Shown: one piece after another, positions 11,672-21,900 of the stretch
How positions within the stretch are numbered: the first letter of the stretch is position 1
How the letters are laid out: each line of letters begins with the position of its first letter
Origin: Amoebophrya sp. A120
Lineage: Eukaryota; Protista; Dinoflagellata
DNA: 64,000 nt
NCBI GenBank assembly: GCA_905178155.1
Contig: CAJINV010000008.1
Location: 3,683,420 to 3,747,419 of the forward strand
Reading direction: 5' to 3'
Notes under the pieces: generated by a model
The model's input: only the letters and a program-made list of their open reading frames with translations
Database searches by the model: none
What the model was told of the DNA's origin: nothing
Program-made: the position numbers and the translations under genes

Positions 11672-14600
11672 ATGGGCGAGCTGACTGCAGCGCAGAAGCA
11701 AAACAAGAAAGAGAAGACTGCGAAGGAAAAGGCTGCGAAGGAGAAAGCAGCAGCAACAGCAACTTCTGGCGAGCCTGAGGGCGAACAGCAAACAGCCGGT
11801 GATGACGGAACCATCACGCCGAACCCAGACAAGAAGAAAAAGAAGAAAAAGCAAAACACTTCTTCTACCGCCGACACCACTCTGACGCTGCAAACTGCGC
11901 CTAGCGTTGTGGCGAAGTTGTCGCAGATGGGAAAACTGCTGGGCGACTTGAAAGACGACAAGGGCGGCACTGTCGTTGCTGACCTCCGGAAGCAGCTCGA
12001 GGACGTCGCGAAGGAAGAACAACAGCGCGACGCGGATGCGAAGAAGCAGTTGCAGAAACCAGCCACGAAGACCAGTACGAAAAAGAAGAAACAGAAGAAA
12101 CCGAAGCGGAAGGATTCCGATTCCGACATTCTGTCTTCTTCGGATTCCAGTGGTGGCAGCTGCGACGAAAACTCTTCTTCCGATTCCTCAAGCGGTTCTG
12201 CGAGTTCCGAGGAGGACGAGAAACCGAAAAAGCGAAAGAAATCGTCGAACGAAAAAGACGAGAAGAAGATGGTCTTGTCGCAACTCCCGCTCTATCAAGA
12301 TGACTCGTTACCGTTCACCGAGTACTTGTCGCTCGCGCAGGAGAAGTACAAGCCGAGCCGTATCCTGAAAGGGATTGAATCAAAAATCCAGCATACTACT
12401 ACCCTGCGACAGTACTTAGCGGCGAAGAAGCGGAGGACAGTCCGCAAGGCGCATAACAGTTCGAAGCGCCTCCGGCGCATCATCAAGATCTTCCGGAACG
12501 AACTGCAAGACCCCGATGCAGGTATGGAGAAACTGGAAGATTGCAAGCAGGACCAGAACCAAAACCCACAGGAGTGGTATAAGAAGTTCTGCGAAGCTCT
12601 TGCTGAATTGCCTGAGGACAAACTGCCGTTCTCGGAAGTCGTCCGCTACGCCGAACGGAACGCGCAAAAGAACGTCAGGGGCATCATCGTCCAGGACAAA
12701 CCGAGAAACGCGACGCAGCTGGCGGCTGCGATTGGCAAAGCGGAGAAGCTTTTCGGGAAGAAGAAGAAACCTGATGTCGCCTTCCCTGCCTTCCACGACC
12801 CGAAGGGCGGCCGCAAGCACAAGGGCGGTCGTCATGGCAAGAAGGGTAGTGGCAAGGGCGGTAAGAAGGGCGGCAAGGGTGGTAAACCCCGGAAGCCGTA
12901 CAACCCGGACGCCTGGTGCGATTACTGCAGCCGCGCCGGCCACTGGGAATCGGAGTGCCGTACCAAGCAGAATACCGACGGCGGCAAAACTGGGGCACCG
13001 GGGAAGCAGTACAACTCGTATGCAGCATCCGGCGACCACAACAGCGGTGGACACCACCAGCAGCATGGTGGATACCACCAGCAGCAGCAGCAGCAGGGGA
13101 ACTACAACCAGTACGGTGCCCAGCACCAACAACAACAAAATCCGTACCCCCCGCAGCAACTGCAACAACAGATGGTCCACCAACCGGCGAACCCGAACTA
13201 CAACCAGCAGGGCGGATTTTTCTGTGCCGTGGCTGTCGAAATCTCCTGCCCCGACCACCCCCACAGTGCGTTTGCGACTCCCGCGACAGCAAACACGGTG
13301 GAGATGTTCTTGATGCTGGATTCTTGTGCGAGCAAGCACATGGCGGGACCGGTGCGGGTTCTGCATGAACTCGTGAAAGCGCCGGCAATGTCGTTTAGCA
13401 CGGCAAACGGACCGACCACCAGTACTACCACGGGTTCTATCTGGTTGGAAACCTCACCGCCGATCAAGCTCCAGAACGTTGCCCACGTCCCTAGCCTCGG
13501 CAACAGGGTGTTGCTGAGTTATCCGCTTTTGCGCAGAGCCGGTATCCCGATGTCCTTGGACAAGATGCAGTTCTTATCCTACGCGATCCAGCTCGTGGAA
13601 GGATGCACCCAGATCAAGCTCCCGGTGCGTATCAACCACAAGGAACCGATCCAGACGGCGTTTGTAACCTGCAGCGAGGAACTCATGCAGGACTTGTGGT
13701 GCGCCACCCATGATTACTTTAATTCTTTGATTGGTTTCGATAGCTCTTTGCGTCTTCAGTTTTTCGAAATCGATTGCAAAAATCTCAGCACAAACGAGAT
13801 AATCGCAGAAGTCGTTCACAACCGTCAAAAACGACTTGCACTACTGGCGCCCATCATCAATGACGAGATCAAAGAAAAACTTCGCATTTTGTCAGCGTAT
13901 CTCGATGAAAGAGTAGTAGTGCTTGATGGCCCGAGTCACCACCAGCATCGGACATTTGAAATCAAAGACGACGATGTCAGGTGGCTTGCATCTTGTGCCT
14001 ATTCTTTCCCCGCGCCAGAGGTTCCACCAGAGGACCAATCGCATGAGCCTGAGCCTGCTGTATCTTCGGACCCCACATCTTCAAGCGCGCAACAGGAAGA
14101 TCGTGGCCAGGATGCAACCCGCAGCGCCTCAAGCGATTCTGAAAATGCCGACCGCTCTGAGCTACCTACTTCGGATCATCTTGGCTCTGAGCAGCCCAAG
14201 GCCAAAAAGAAGAAAAAGGCCAAGAACAAAAAGCGCAAAAAGGCCGACCAGGACCAGGACCAACCAAAGCGAACGCGCCCGGCGAAGAAGTTCAGGCGAA
14301 CAGATTCGACCGAGGCCCCGGCTTTCGAGCAAATTAGTTATGAAAAGATATGCCAGCTTGGCGCTTGCCTTTTTATGCCTACTTTCCAAAAGTTGTGGGA
14401 AATTGTCCGAACGCTTGACAACTCCCAGCGCTCCAGAAGTATGGTTATTCACTTCTGCAAGCACAACTTGACGCGCCTTAAGACCCATGCCTTTCCCCAC
14501 CATAAAGTCGGAGGAGTTGAAGCCAATTCTTTGTCCGACTGGTGCGCCTTAGATACGTTTTTTCCGTTAGGTAAGGAGTTTAGCGTGCTACATGGGATCA

Positions 14601-17600
14601 ACATCCATTCCCGCGCCAGCACCACCACAACTTTCAAACGAGCAGTCAAGATGCAGGACACTGCTGATTTTTTAGAGTACTTGAAAACTGTTGGCATGAT
14701 GGGCAAGAACATTCTTTGCGACCAAGGCAAGGAGTTTGACAACATAAAAGTGCGCGAATGGTGCCAGCTGTATGGCATTCAGCTTTTCCTGACGCCTAAG
14801 GCTTCTTGGGTGAATGGAACTTGCGAGCGCCGCCATCGTCTTTTGCGTGCTGTTTTGCATCGTCTTTATTACGTTTATGGCCAAAAGAGTTCTATCATCC
14901 CGCGCCTGGTACAACAAGCAACAAACGCGGTTAACATGACGCCCACCGCTGCGCTTGACGGGCTTGCGCCTGCGCAGGTGCAGTGGGTCATAAATCCGTT
15001 TAAGCTCGAGCCTAATTTTGTAGAAGATTTGACAGAGCAGCAAGCAGTTTTAGTCAACGAGCAAAGTCCTGAGTCCGATTACAAAATCCGTTGTAGGGCC
15101 CGTGCTCTGGTCGAAGAGCTGAAGCACGACAGACAGCTTGTAGATGAGACGCGGAAGCTGAGGGAACTTCAGCGCAATTTTTATCATGAATCCGACGAGT
15201 GCAAAGTTGGTGAATTGGTAGAAATTTTCGACAAGGACAAAGAAGCATGGTTAGGTCCCTGCACCTTAATCCATCGCCAAGTGAACAACAACTCAGTCAC
15301 TTTCGTTGTGGATCATGATGGCAGGTATCGCCGTTCGCATGCGTCTCACGTACGTAGGCACCTGACGGCCACTGCTATGACTTTTCCACCCATGTTACTC
15401 AAAAGCCTCTACAAAACGCACAACGTCCCTGATAGCCATCCGGACACGCCCCAGGGCGAATTTCTCGACGAAGAGACAACCATCAAAATAGTTCCGGATG
15501 GTAATGCGAAGGTCGCACCAAAAACCCTCGATGCAGCTGACAGCATCAAAGCCGACCCAAAATCGAGCACCGATGCCCCCGCCGCATCAAGTAGCAGCGC
15601 AAGCTCGTCATCTCGTGAACCTGACACGCTCCCGCCGCCTGGCAACGGTGGCCCGGCTGTCTCACTTGATGTTGCACCCATCGAACTAGAGAAAAAGTTC
15701 CGTCTTACCAAGGACTACTATCAGGGCGTTTTCGACAAACTCAAATCTGAAGAGGTGCAGCGCGTACGCCAGTTGATCGCGACAACTGAAACAGCGCCGG
15801 TGCGTGGCGCTTGGATAAAACGCAACGAACAACGTGAGAAAACGCTACTCACAGTGCGCGCGTTAATCGATGCTCAGCCCGAGTATTCGCATTTGAAAGA
15901 AGCACAAAAGCACAAAGTCGCTTCTGACATCGCAGAACGATGCCGACAGCTCAACATCAACGACATTAACGACAATACGCTTGCAGCCATGCTTGCGCCC
16001 CTCATTTGTGCTGACTGGGAGCCTGGTGAAGTTTGCTACAAAGCTATCGCTGTCCCTGATCACAAGTCTGGTTTTGACACTACAGAGCCCGCTTGGAAAG
16101 AAGCCATTTCTAAAGAAGTCAAAGCACATTCTCACGTATTCAGGCCTGCTACACCTGAAGAAGTCGAACGGTTCAAACGCAGCGGCAGCAGAGCAGTACC
16201 CTGCAAAATGTTGCTTAGTGTAAAGCGCTGCGGCAAACGTAAGGCCCGGATCGTATGCTTAGGCTTTCTGGACAAAATGTCTGGGAACCAGAAGTATGCT
16301 ACTGTGCCTGATTTAAGTATTTTGCGTATGTTGCTTTGTATGAAAGTTCAGTCACCTAGGATGTTTGCATTCCCTTCCGACGCTACTTCAGCCTTTTTGC
16401 AAGCAAAGTACCCAGTTCCGGTCGTGATCGATCTCGATCAGCGATTGCAAAACGAGCTAGGCTACCGCCTTGGTGTGGTAGAATACGCCATGAATGGCCT
16501 GCGCCTTAGTTCCCGCGCCTGGGAAGACCACCGCGATGCCGTTCTTGTCAAACAAGAATGGAAGCGCAACCCCATCGAGGCCACTCTCTGGACTCGTGCC
16601 GGTGTTTTGTTGTTAGTATTTGTAGATAATTTTTGGTTTTTCGGTGACAAGGAAGAAGTTTTGAAGTACCACGAAGAACTTAGGCCCGCGCTAAAGTTAC
16701 AACCCGAAGAGGTTCGCGACGAAGGTACGCACCTCGTCTACGATGTCCTTGGCATCGAAGCCCGCGAAAACAAAAAGACCGGCGACATGGTCTTGAACCA
16801 AGACAAATACGTGCAGAAAATTCTTGATCGCTTTGGCGGTGACACAGGTCGCAACACTTCCACGCCAATGGATGCGCCTCCTGATGTCTCTGCGCCTGAA
16901 GTGCCTGAATTAGTCAAAACCAAGCAAGAACTAACTGGCTCCTTACAGTATTTGTGTCAAACCAGGATGGACATAGTCGTAGCTTTAAAGATGTGCGCCC
17001 GCGTGAAAGCTACTCCCGAGTGCATTTTGGCACTCAAGCGCATCGTGCGCTACTTACGGACCCGCCGAGGTCTCCGATACAAAAACCGAAGTGAAAAGTT
17101 TGGAGATCGTCTTATCCTCACCGCGTGGAGCGACTCCGACTGGGCTAGTTTCGGAGATAGAAAGTCTAATTCCGGCGTAGTGATCTGTCTGAACGGAAAT
17201 GCCATCGCATGGCGTTGCGCAAGTCAAAACAGCGTTAGTTCTAGCGTTTCTGAAGCTGAGCTCTATGGCATGAGCGAAGCCGCGAAAATGGTTTTACGTT
17301 TTCACTATTGTCTTGAATCTTTGCGCCCGTTTTGGAAAAAGTTCTTTGCATCACACAGCCTTTTACTGCCTATTCAACTTGGATGTGACAACTCCAGCGC
17401 AATTTCGTATACTGAAAACCAAAACGGCACCAAAAGCGCTTTGAAACATATCGACATCCGTGGCATGCAGATGCGCGATTTGCAAGAGAAACAACTTATC
17501 AAGTGCGTTTATCACTCGACCAAGATTAACAAGTCAAACGGTTTGACTAAGACTTGTCCTCCTATCGAGTTTCGTGCATTTCTCGAACTAAACGACATAA

Positions 17601-17614
17601 TCGAGTGGGATTAA
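11672..17614 (+). CDS. Copia Gag-Pol polyprotein, 1980 aa
   Basis: Zinc knuckle CDYCSRAGHWESEC; protease MLDSCASKHM; integrase CALDTF..CDQGKEF..NGTCERRHR; RT KARIVCLG, DATSAFLQA, AMNGLRLS, FVDN; RNase H WSDSDWA, SEAELYG, CDNSSAI, KHIDIR. Confidence 0.96.
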   Translation: MGELTAAQKQNKKEKTAKEKAAKEKAAATATSGEPEGEQQTAGDDGTITPNPDKKKKKKKQNTSSTADTTLTLQTAPSVVAKLSQMGKLLGDLKDDKGGTVVADLRKQLEDVAKEEQQRDADAKKQLQKPATKTSTKKKKQKKPKRKDSDSDILSSSDSSGGSCDENSSSDSSSGSASSEEDEKPKKRKKSSNEKDEKKMVLSQLPLYQDDSLPFTEYLSLAQEKYKPSRILKGIESKIQHTTTLRQYLAAKKRRTVRKAHNSSKRLRRIIKIFRNELQDPDAGMEKLEDCKQDQNQNPQEWYKKFCEALAELPEDKLPFSEVVRYAERNAQKNVRGIIVQDKPRNATQLAAAIGKAEKLFGKKKKPDVAFPAFHDPKGGRKHKGGRHGKKGSGKGGKKGGKGGKPRKPYNPDAWCDYCSRAGHWESECRTKQNTDGGKTGAPGKQYNSYAASGDHNSGGHHQQHGGYHQQQQQQGNYNQYGAQHQQQQNPYPPQQLQQQMVHQPANPNYNQQGGFFCAVAVEISCPDHPHSAFATPATANTVEMFLMLDSCASKHMAGPVRVLHELVKAPAMSFSTANGPTTSTTTGSIWLETSPPIKLQNVAHVPSLGNRVLLSYPLLRRAGIPMSLDKMQFLSYAIQLVEGCTQIKLPVRINHKEPIQTAFVTCSEELMQDLWCATHDYFNSLIGFDSSLRLQFFEIDCKNLSTNEIIAEVVHNRQKRLALLAPIINDEIKEKLRILSAYLDERVVVLDGPSHHQHRTFEIKDDDVRWLASCAYSFPAPEVPPEDQSHEPEPAVSSDPTSSSAQQEDRGQDATRSASSDSENADRSELPTSDHLGSEQPKAKKKKKAKNKKRKKADQDQDQPKRTRPAKKFRRTDSTEAPAFEQISYEKICQLGACLFMPTFQKLWEIVRTLDNSQRSRSMVIHFCKHNLTRLKTHAFPHHKVGGVEANSLSDWCALDTFFPLGKEFSVLHGINIHSRASTTTTFKRAVKMQDTADFLEYLKTVGMMGKNILCDQGKEFDNIKVREWCQLYGIQLFLTPKASWVNGTCERRHRLLRAVLHRLYYVYGQKSSIIPRLVQQATNAVNMTPTAALDGLAPAQVQWVINPFKLEPNFVEDLTEQQAVLVNEQSPESDYKIRCRARALVEELKHDRQLVDETRKLRELQRNFYHESDECKVGELVEIFDKDKEAWLGPCTLIHRQVNNNSVTFVVDHDGRYRRSHASHVRRHLTATAMTFPPMLLKSLYKTHNVPDSHPDTPQGEFLDEETTIKIVPDGNAKVAPKTLDAADSIKADPKSSTDAPAASSSSASSSSREPDTLPPPGNGGPAVSLDVAPIELEKKFRLTKDYYQGVFDKLKSEEVQRVRQLIATTETAPVRGAWIKRNEQREKTLLTVRALIDAQPEYSHLKEAQKHKVASDIAERCRQLNINDINDNTLAAMLAPLICADWEPGEVCYKAIAVPDHKSGFDTTEPAWKEAISKEVKAHSHVFRPATPEEVERFKRSGSRAVPCKMLLSVKRCGKRKARIVCLGFLDKMSGNQKYATVPDLSILRMLLCMKVQSPRMFAFPSDATSAFLQAKYPVPVVIDLDQRLQNELGYRLGVVEYAMNGLRLSSRAWEDHRDAVLVKQEWKRNPIEATLWTRAGVLLLVFVDNFWFFGDKEEVLKYHEELRPALKLQPEEVRDEGTHLVYDVLGIEARENKKTGDMVLNQDKYVQKILDRFGGDTGRNTSTPMDAPPDVSAPEVPELVKTKQELTGSLQYLCQTRMDIVVALKMCARVKATPECILALKRIVRYLRTRRGLRYKNRSEKFGDRLILTAWSDSDWASFGDRKSNSGVVICLNGNAIAWRCASQNSVSSSVSEAELYGMSEAAKMVLRFHYCLESLRPFWKKFFASHSLLLPIQLGCDNSSAISYTENQNGTKSALKHIDIRGMQMRDLQEKQLIKCVYHSTKINKSNGLTKTCPPIEFRAFLELNDIIEWD

Positions 17615-17851
17615 CCGAGAACGTTCCGAGTATGAAAAACACCACAGACCGCCAGCAACCCTTACTGGACACGAACGAACGAACGCGAAGAAATTCGGCG
17701 CAAGGGGGACTGCTGATGACTATCGAAGAGAGTTTTATTATGCACCAAATTTATTCGCTTCCATTTACGCCTGCATTTATTTTTCGCAAGTCTCGCAAAG
17801 ACTAGAAACAAAGAACCTGCAATACAGATTTTATTTTTTGACTTTGGATTT

Positions 17852-17864
17852 GGAGTGAGGGGGA
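17852..17864 (+). promoter_or_regulatory. Polypurine tract
   Basis: ggagtgaggggga, 1 nt upstream of the 3' LTR. Confidence 0.85.
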
Positions 17865-17865
17865 C

Positions 17866-18233
17866 TATGACACATAAATCATCAACCAACGATAAGAACC
17901 TTGATCCACTCCAAAGATCCAAAGCACACCTAAACGGGCACGATCGTCACTAATTCAATTCTACTAGAGTAAGATGACTACTGAACCTGAAACAGGCTAA
18001 GACGGGCACGAACGTCACGGCAAGAATAGTGAAGGTTCCCGAGTGCCCCAGTTTTGCCTGGGCACGCAGTACCATCGACCTTTACTCTTCCAATGAACCC
18101 CAGCCAGGGCCCTTGATGCCAGTCAAGGCACACACACAAATAATCTCTCATGCATATTTGTACCACCTCAGCTAGGTGTTGTTTTTACTCGTAGTGGGTT
18201 CGACCTCGTCGTTGGTTAGTTCGCATCTTCACA
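17866..18233 (+). repeat. 3' LTR (368 bp)
   Basis: Direct repeat of 11189-11552, followed by TSD gttta. Confidence 0.96.
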
Positions 18234-18333
18234 GTTTAGAGAAGGAGGTACTACATCAAACAACCTGAGCCGCGAGCAGTTGTCTGTGGAATTCCACCAG
18301 ACATCACAAGTTTTGCTTGACGAACAGGGATAA
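18234..18333 (+). pseudogene. Displaced original 3' end of the Kelch gene
   Basis: The reconstructed empty site reads GAEF-REGGTTSNNLSREQLSVEFHQTSQVLLDEQG* in the Kelch frame. Confidence 0.75.
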
Positions 18334-18915
18334 GACCGCTCAGGTTGGCGGCCGCGATTAATAAAGACATTTCCCCAGCACCACTTTATTCCGGTTCGCC
18401 TGCGGAACCCTCTAAATTATTGAGACTGCTGCGGCGGTGACGTTGTCCTGCTGGTGGTGACACGAAAGATAGAATTCGCAAGAAATCTCCCCATGCGTGT
18501 AGTGCATTTACATGAACGAAGCTAGTACGGCTCGCGAGGATGTTCCTTGATCTGGTTTTTGTGGTCAGGAGCTAACAAATACGTTTTGGATCATTCTTAC
18601 TGCTGCTCTCGTTCTCCTCATCTGGATGGAGTGAACTCTATGTTGAAAGAGCCTCTCGCCAAAGCAACGCAAAGTATTGCTTTACTTCGTGGCCCGGAGT
18701 GTTGGAAAGAGAAAGAGTTCGCGAAGTGCATATGACAAAATGGCAGAAGTGCAGTAAATCCCGTCGAGAGGAACAAGGAGCTCGTCATTTGTTGCAGAGC
18801 AGAGATGAGAGAGTTAGAGTTTCTGGTCTGTCGCAGGTGTATAAGAACGCAAACACGAACACCGTTTGGCCAGTGAAAGTACTTACTTAAGTGATTTCAA
18901 AGGGACGAAATTAAG

Positions 18916-21900
18916 ATGAGTGCTTCAGCTTCTAAGACCTTCGCCATCACGGGGGGTTTTCCCTCCATTCGCAAGCAGTTCGAGGTTCGGGGCTGGAAAC
19001 CCGACGACGAGCCGGACAGCTCCAGTTGGGACCTGAAGTACACCATTCGGAAGAAAGACATCGACTTTAACGCCTTGCGGGACCTCCAGGTGGTAAATTA
19101 CTTCCCCACAAATCACGAATTCACGACGAAAATTTCCTTGACGAACAATTTGTGGAACCTGTGCTGGATGGACCCTCCGGAGGCTCACGAAGTGAGGATA
19201 AAGAAGAAAACCCACACAAACGGCACGCTAGAGAAGAAGAACGGCAAAATCCAGTCTGGCTGTAACAAGAAAAGCGTAACCGACAGGAACGGGGAAAGAC
19301 TAGACAGAGGGTTTTATTCTGGTGCAGCCAGCACAAGAACTGGGACTGAAGCAGAACCAACGCCAGAGAAGCAGCACGAAGATCAGGATACCGTCTGTGA
19401 GGAGAGCAACCAGAACCACGATAAGAGAGGACAGGGTGAAGGAGCAGGTGCTCAAGTAGAACTGAGCCAACTACATTTTGAGGCAGAAGAACAAGATGAA
19501 GAAGAAGACAACGACGAGGAAATAACCGATGAGCCGTTTCCCGGGTCCAATTCGGCAATCGACGTGGATACGTTCTATCCCCGCTGCTTCAACTTGAACA
19601 ACGACACGGACGCTTTTATCGAGGACTTCAAACGCGGCAAGTGTCTCGCGGTGCTGAAAACGTTCCTGCAGCTGGACGCGCTCGTGTCTGGCGGGATGAA
19701 TGGAGAGGAGGACGGTAGTGCTGAAGATGAGGACGACGTGATGTTCGATCGAGACATAACGACCTGCTCCAAGAAGGGCGCAAAACCTCCAAACAAAGCC
19801 AACAAAGGTGGAGCAGTGTCTAGTGATTCTACTGGTGGGTCCTCTTCAACATCGTCAGCAGCATCGGCCTCGTCTAGTAGTAGCGGGATCATTCCTGAGC
19901 CCGTCGTGCACGCGGCCCTGGAGGCTCTGGAGCGGAAGCTGAAGCCCATTGACGATTGTCTGGACGACGACCCGACCGCCGGGACGGATTACGTAACGAA
20001 AATGCCCGCCGAGTTCTGGGACAAGGTGCAGCAGGTGAATCTGGATAACCCTGCGAAACACCTGCCGAAGTACACGCGCCGGCGCACTTTGGCCTGCTCG
20101 CTGCTGAACAAGGTGGTGGTCGAGAACAAGAAGAAGCGGAAGAAGAAGAAAAAACGGAACAAAAACTCATCAACGTCGCTTGATGTACAAGCGGATGATC
20201 GACCAGATGAACAAGATGCCACCGCGGCCGCCAAGAAAAAGGCGGCAACCGACGAACTGCGCGACCGGGTTTTGGCCTGCCTGGCTGAGTACGCCGAGCG
20301 GGACCCGCAGTTCCACTTGTACGGAGACCGGAACCTGTGGATTCTGAAGCCCGCGGGAAAATCCCGGGGCCGCGGGATCTTTGTCACGGACCGGCTGGAG
20401 GAGGCGCTGGACTGCCAGCGGGGCCAGGAGGCGCTGTGGATGGCGCAGAAGTACATCGAGAATCCGCAGATCATCGAGAAGAAAAAGTTCGACATCCGGC
20501 AGTGGGTGTGCATCACCACGTGGCAGCCGCTGGGCATTTGGTTTTTCGACCAGGCCTACCTGCGGTTTTCCTTCGACGACTACGACAAGTCCGATGTGGG
20601 CAACCGGTTCGCGCACTTGACCAATAACAGCGTCGCGAAATACGCGGATCGGTACGACGAGGGGTCGAAGGACAGCACCATGATCACGAGCGCCGAATAC
20701 AGCGAGTTTTTGGCAAAAAACTACCCTAATAGCGAGGGAAAAATCATGGCCGCGCAGGGGGGTGGAGCTGGAACGGTAGCAGGGCCTACTTTCTCGGAAG
20801 CGCGGGCGAAAGTAGATGTTGAGGGCGATTATACAAGCGACAACTCCTCGGAACATGATGATGATGAAAGCGCCGTGGACGAACAAGTTGACGACGCGTC
20901 CAGCGATGCGAGTGAAGGCATCGAAGATGCTGATGTTTTATCAGCGTCTTCTGAAGACGAGGAGGGCGAGGACGAGGAAGAAGTCGACTCTGGATCTGAA
21001 GCCGGAGCTGGAGCAAACGTTGCAACGGCGCAGGTCAAGACAGCGTCTAGTACTAATAAATCGCGGACAAGAAAAGCTACGTCAGCCACAACTCGCACTC
21101 CAGTGACTGTGCAAAATGGGGCGCCAAGTAGGAAAGAACTCTCATCAAAGTCGGCCAATAAATGCCGAACCACGACAAAGATGACCAGAAATGACAAAGA
21201 TCGTGGCTCACCGTCAAAAGGAAAAACGGCCTCAGGTGGTCGCCCGTTCTGCCTCTGGCGGGACAAGATTCAGCCGCAGATGGAGCGGATTGCGTACCTC
21301 GCGCTGGCGTCCTGCCAGGACCGGATTCTGCTGGCTGACCGGAGGAACTGTTTTGAGCTCGTTGGGTTCGATTTTATGGTCGACGAAAACTTCAATGTGT
21401 GGCTGATAGAATGCAACTCCAGCCCCGATCTGAGTTACTCCACCAGCACGACCAAGCAGTTGGTAAAAGAGGTCCTGTCCGACTTGGTCGGGCTCATCCT
21501 GGACGCGGAAAAATTTCCGCGCGATGCGAGCAAGAAGGGCGGAAATTTAGCTTCTCGCAAGCTGAAAAAAAGCTTCAGTGCTGCAGATGATTTTCCCTAC
21601 TGCAACTCCTGGAAGTTGCTCTACCCGGAGCTGCGCCGAAAGGAGCAGAAATTGCTCGGGCTACTTCCGAGCGCGGAGGAGGTGCGCGCGCACTTGGTGG
21701 TTACCGGCGTCGAGAAAAAGCTGCACAAAAGCAAGAAGAAGCTCAAGAGCCTCGCGGTGGTGGTTCGAAATCTGCTGCATGGGCGGAACGGGGGACAAAA
21801 CAAAACAAACAAGGCCGTGGATGACCAACAGCAACAAGGTACTATTGGCACCGCTGAAGGTGACACCGACGAAAAATCTGGAGCTACTTCTTTAGAAGGA

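Larger units (their letters stand above)
11189..18233 (+). mobile_element. Full-length Ty1/Copia LTR retrotransposon with 5-bp TSD GTTTA
   Basis: Two near-identical LTRs; TSD gttta at 11184-11188 and 18234-18238; PBS; PPT; a single gag-pol ORF in PR-IN-RT-RH order. Confidence 0.97.

Noticed and set aside
12416-13388. Long minus-strand ORFs (also 21621-22694 and others)
   Set aside because: Antisense shadows of GC-rich + strand CDSs with no recognisable motifs.
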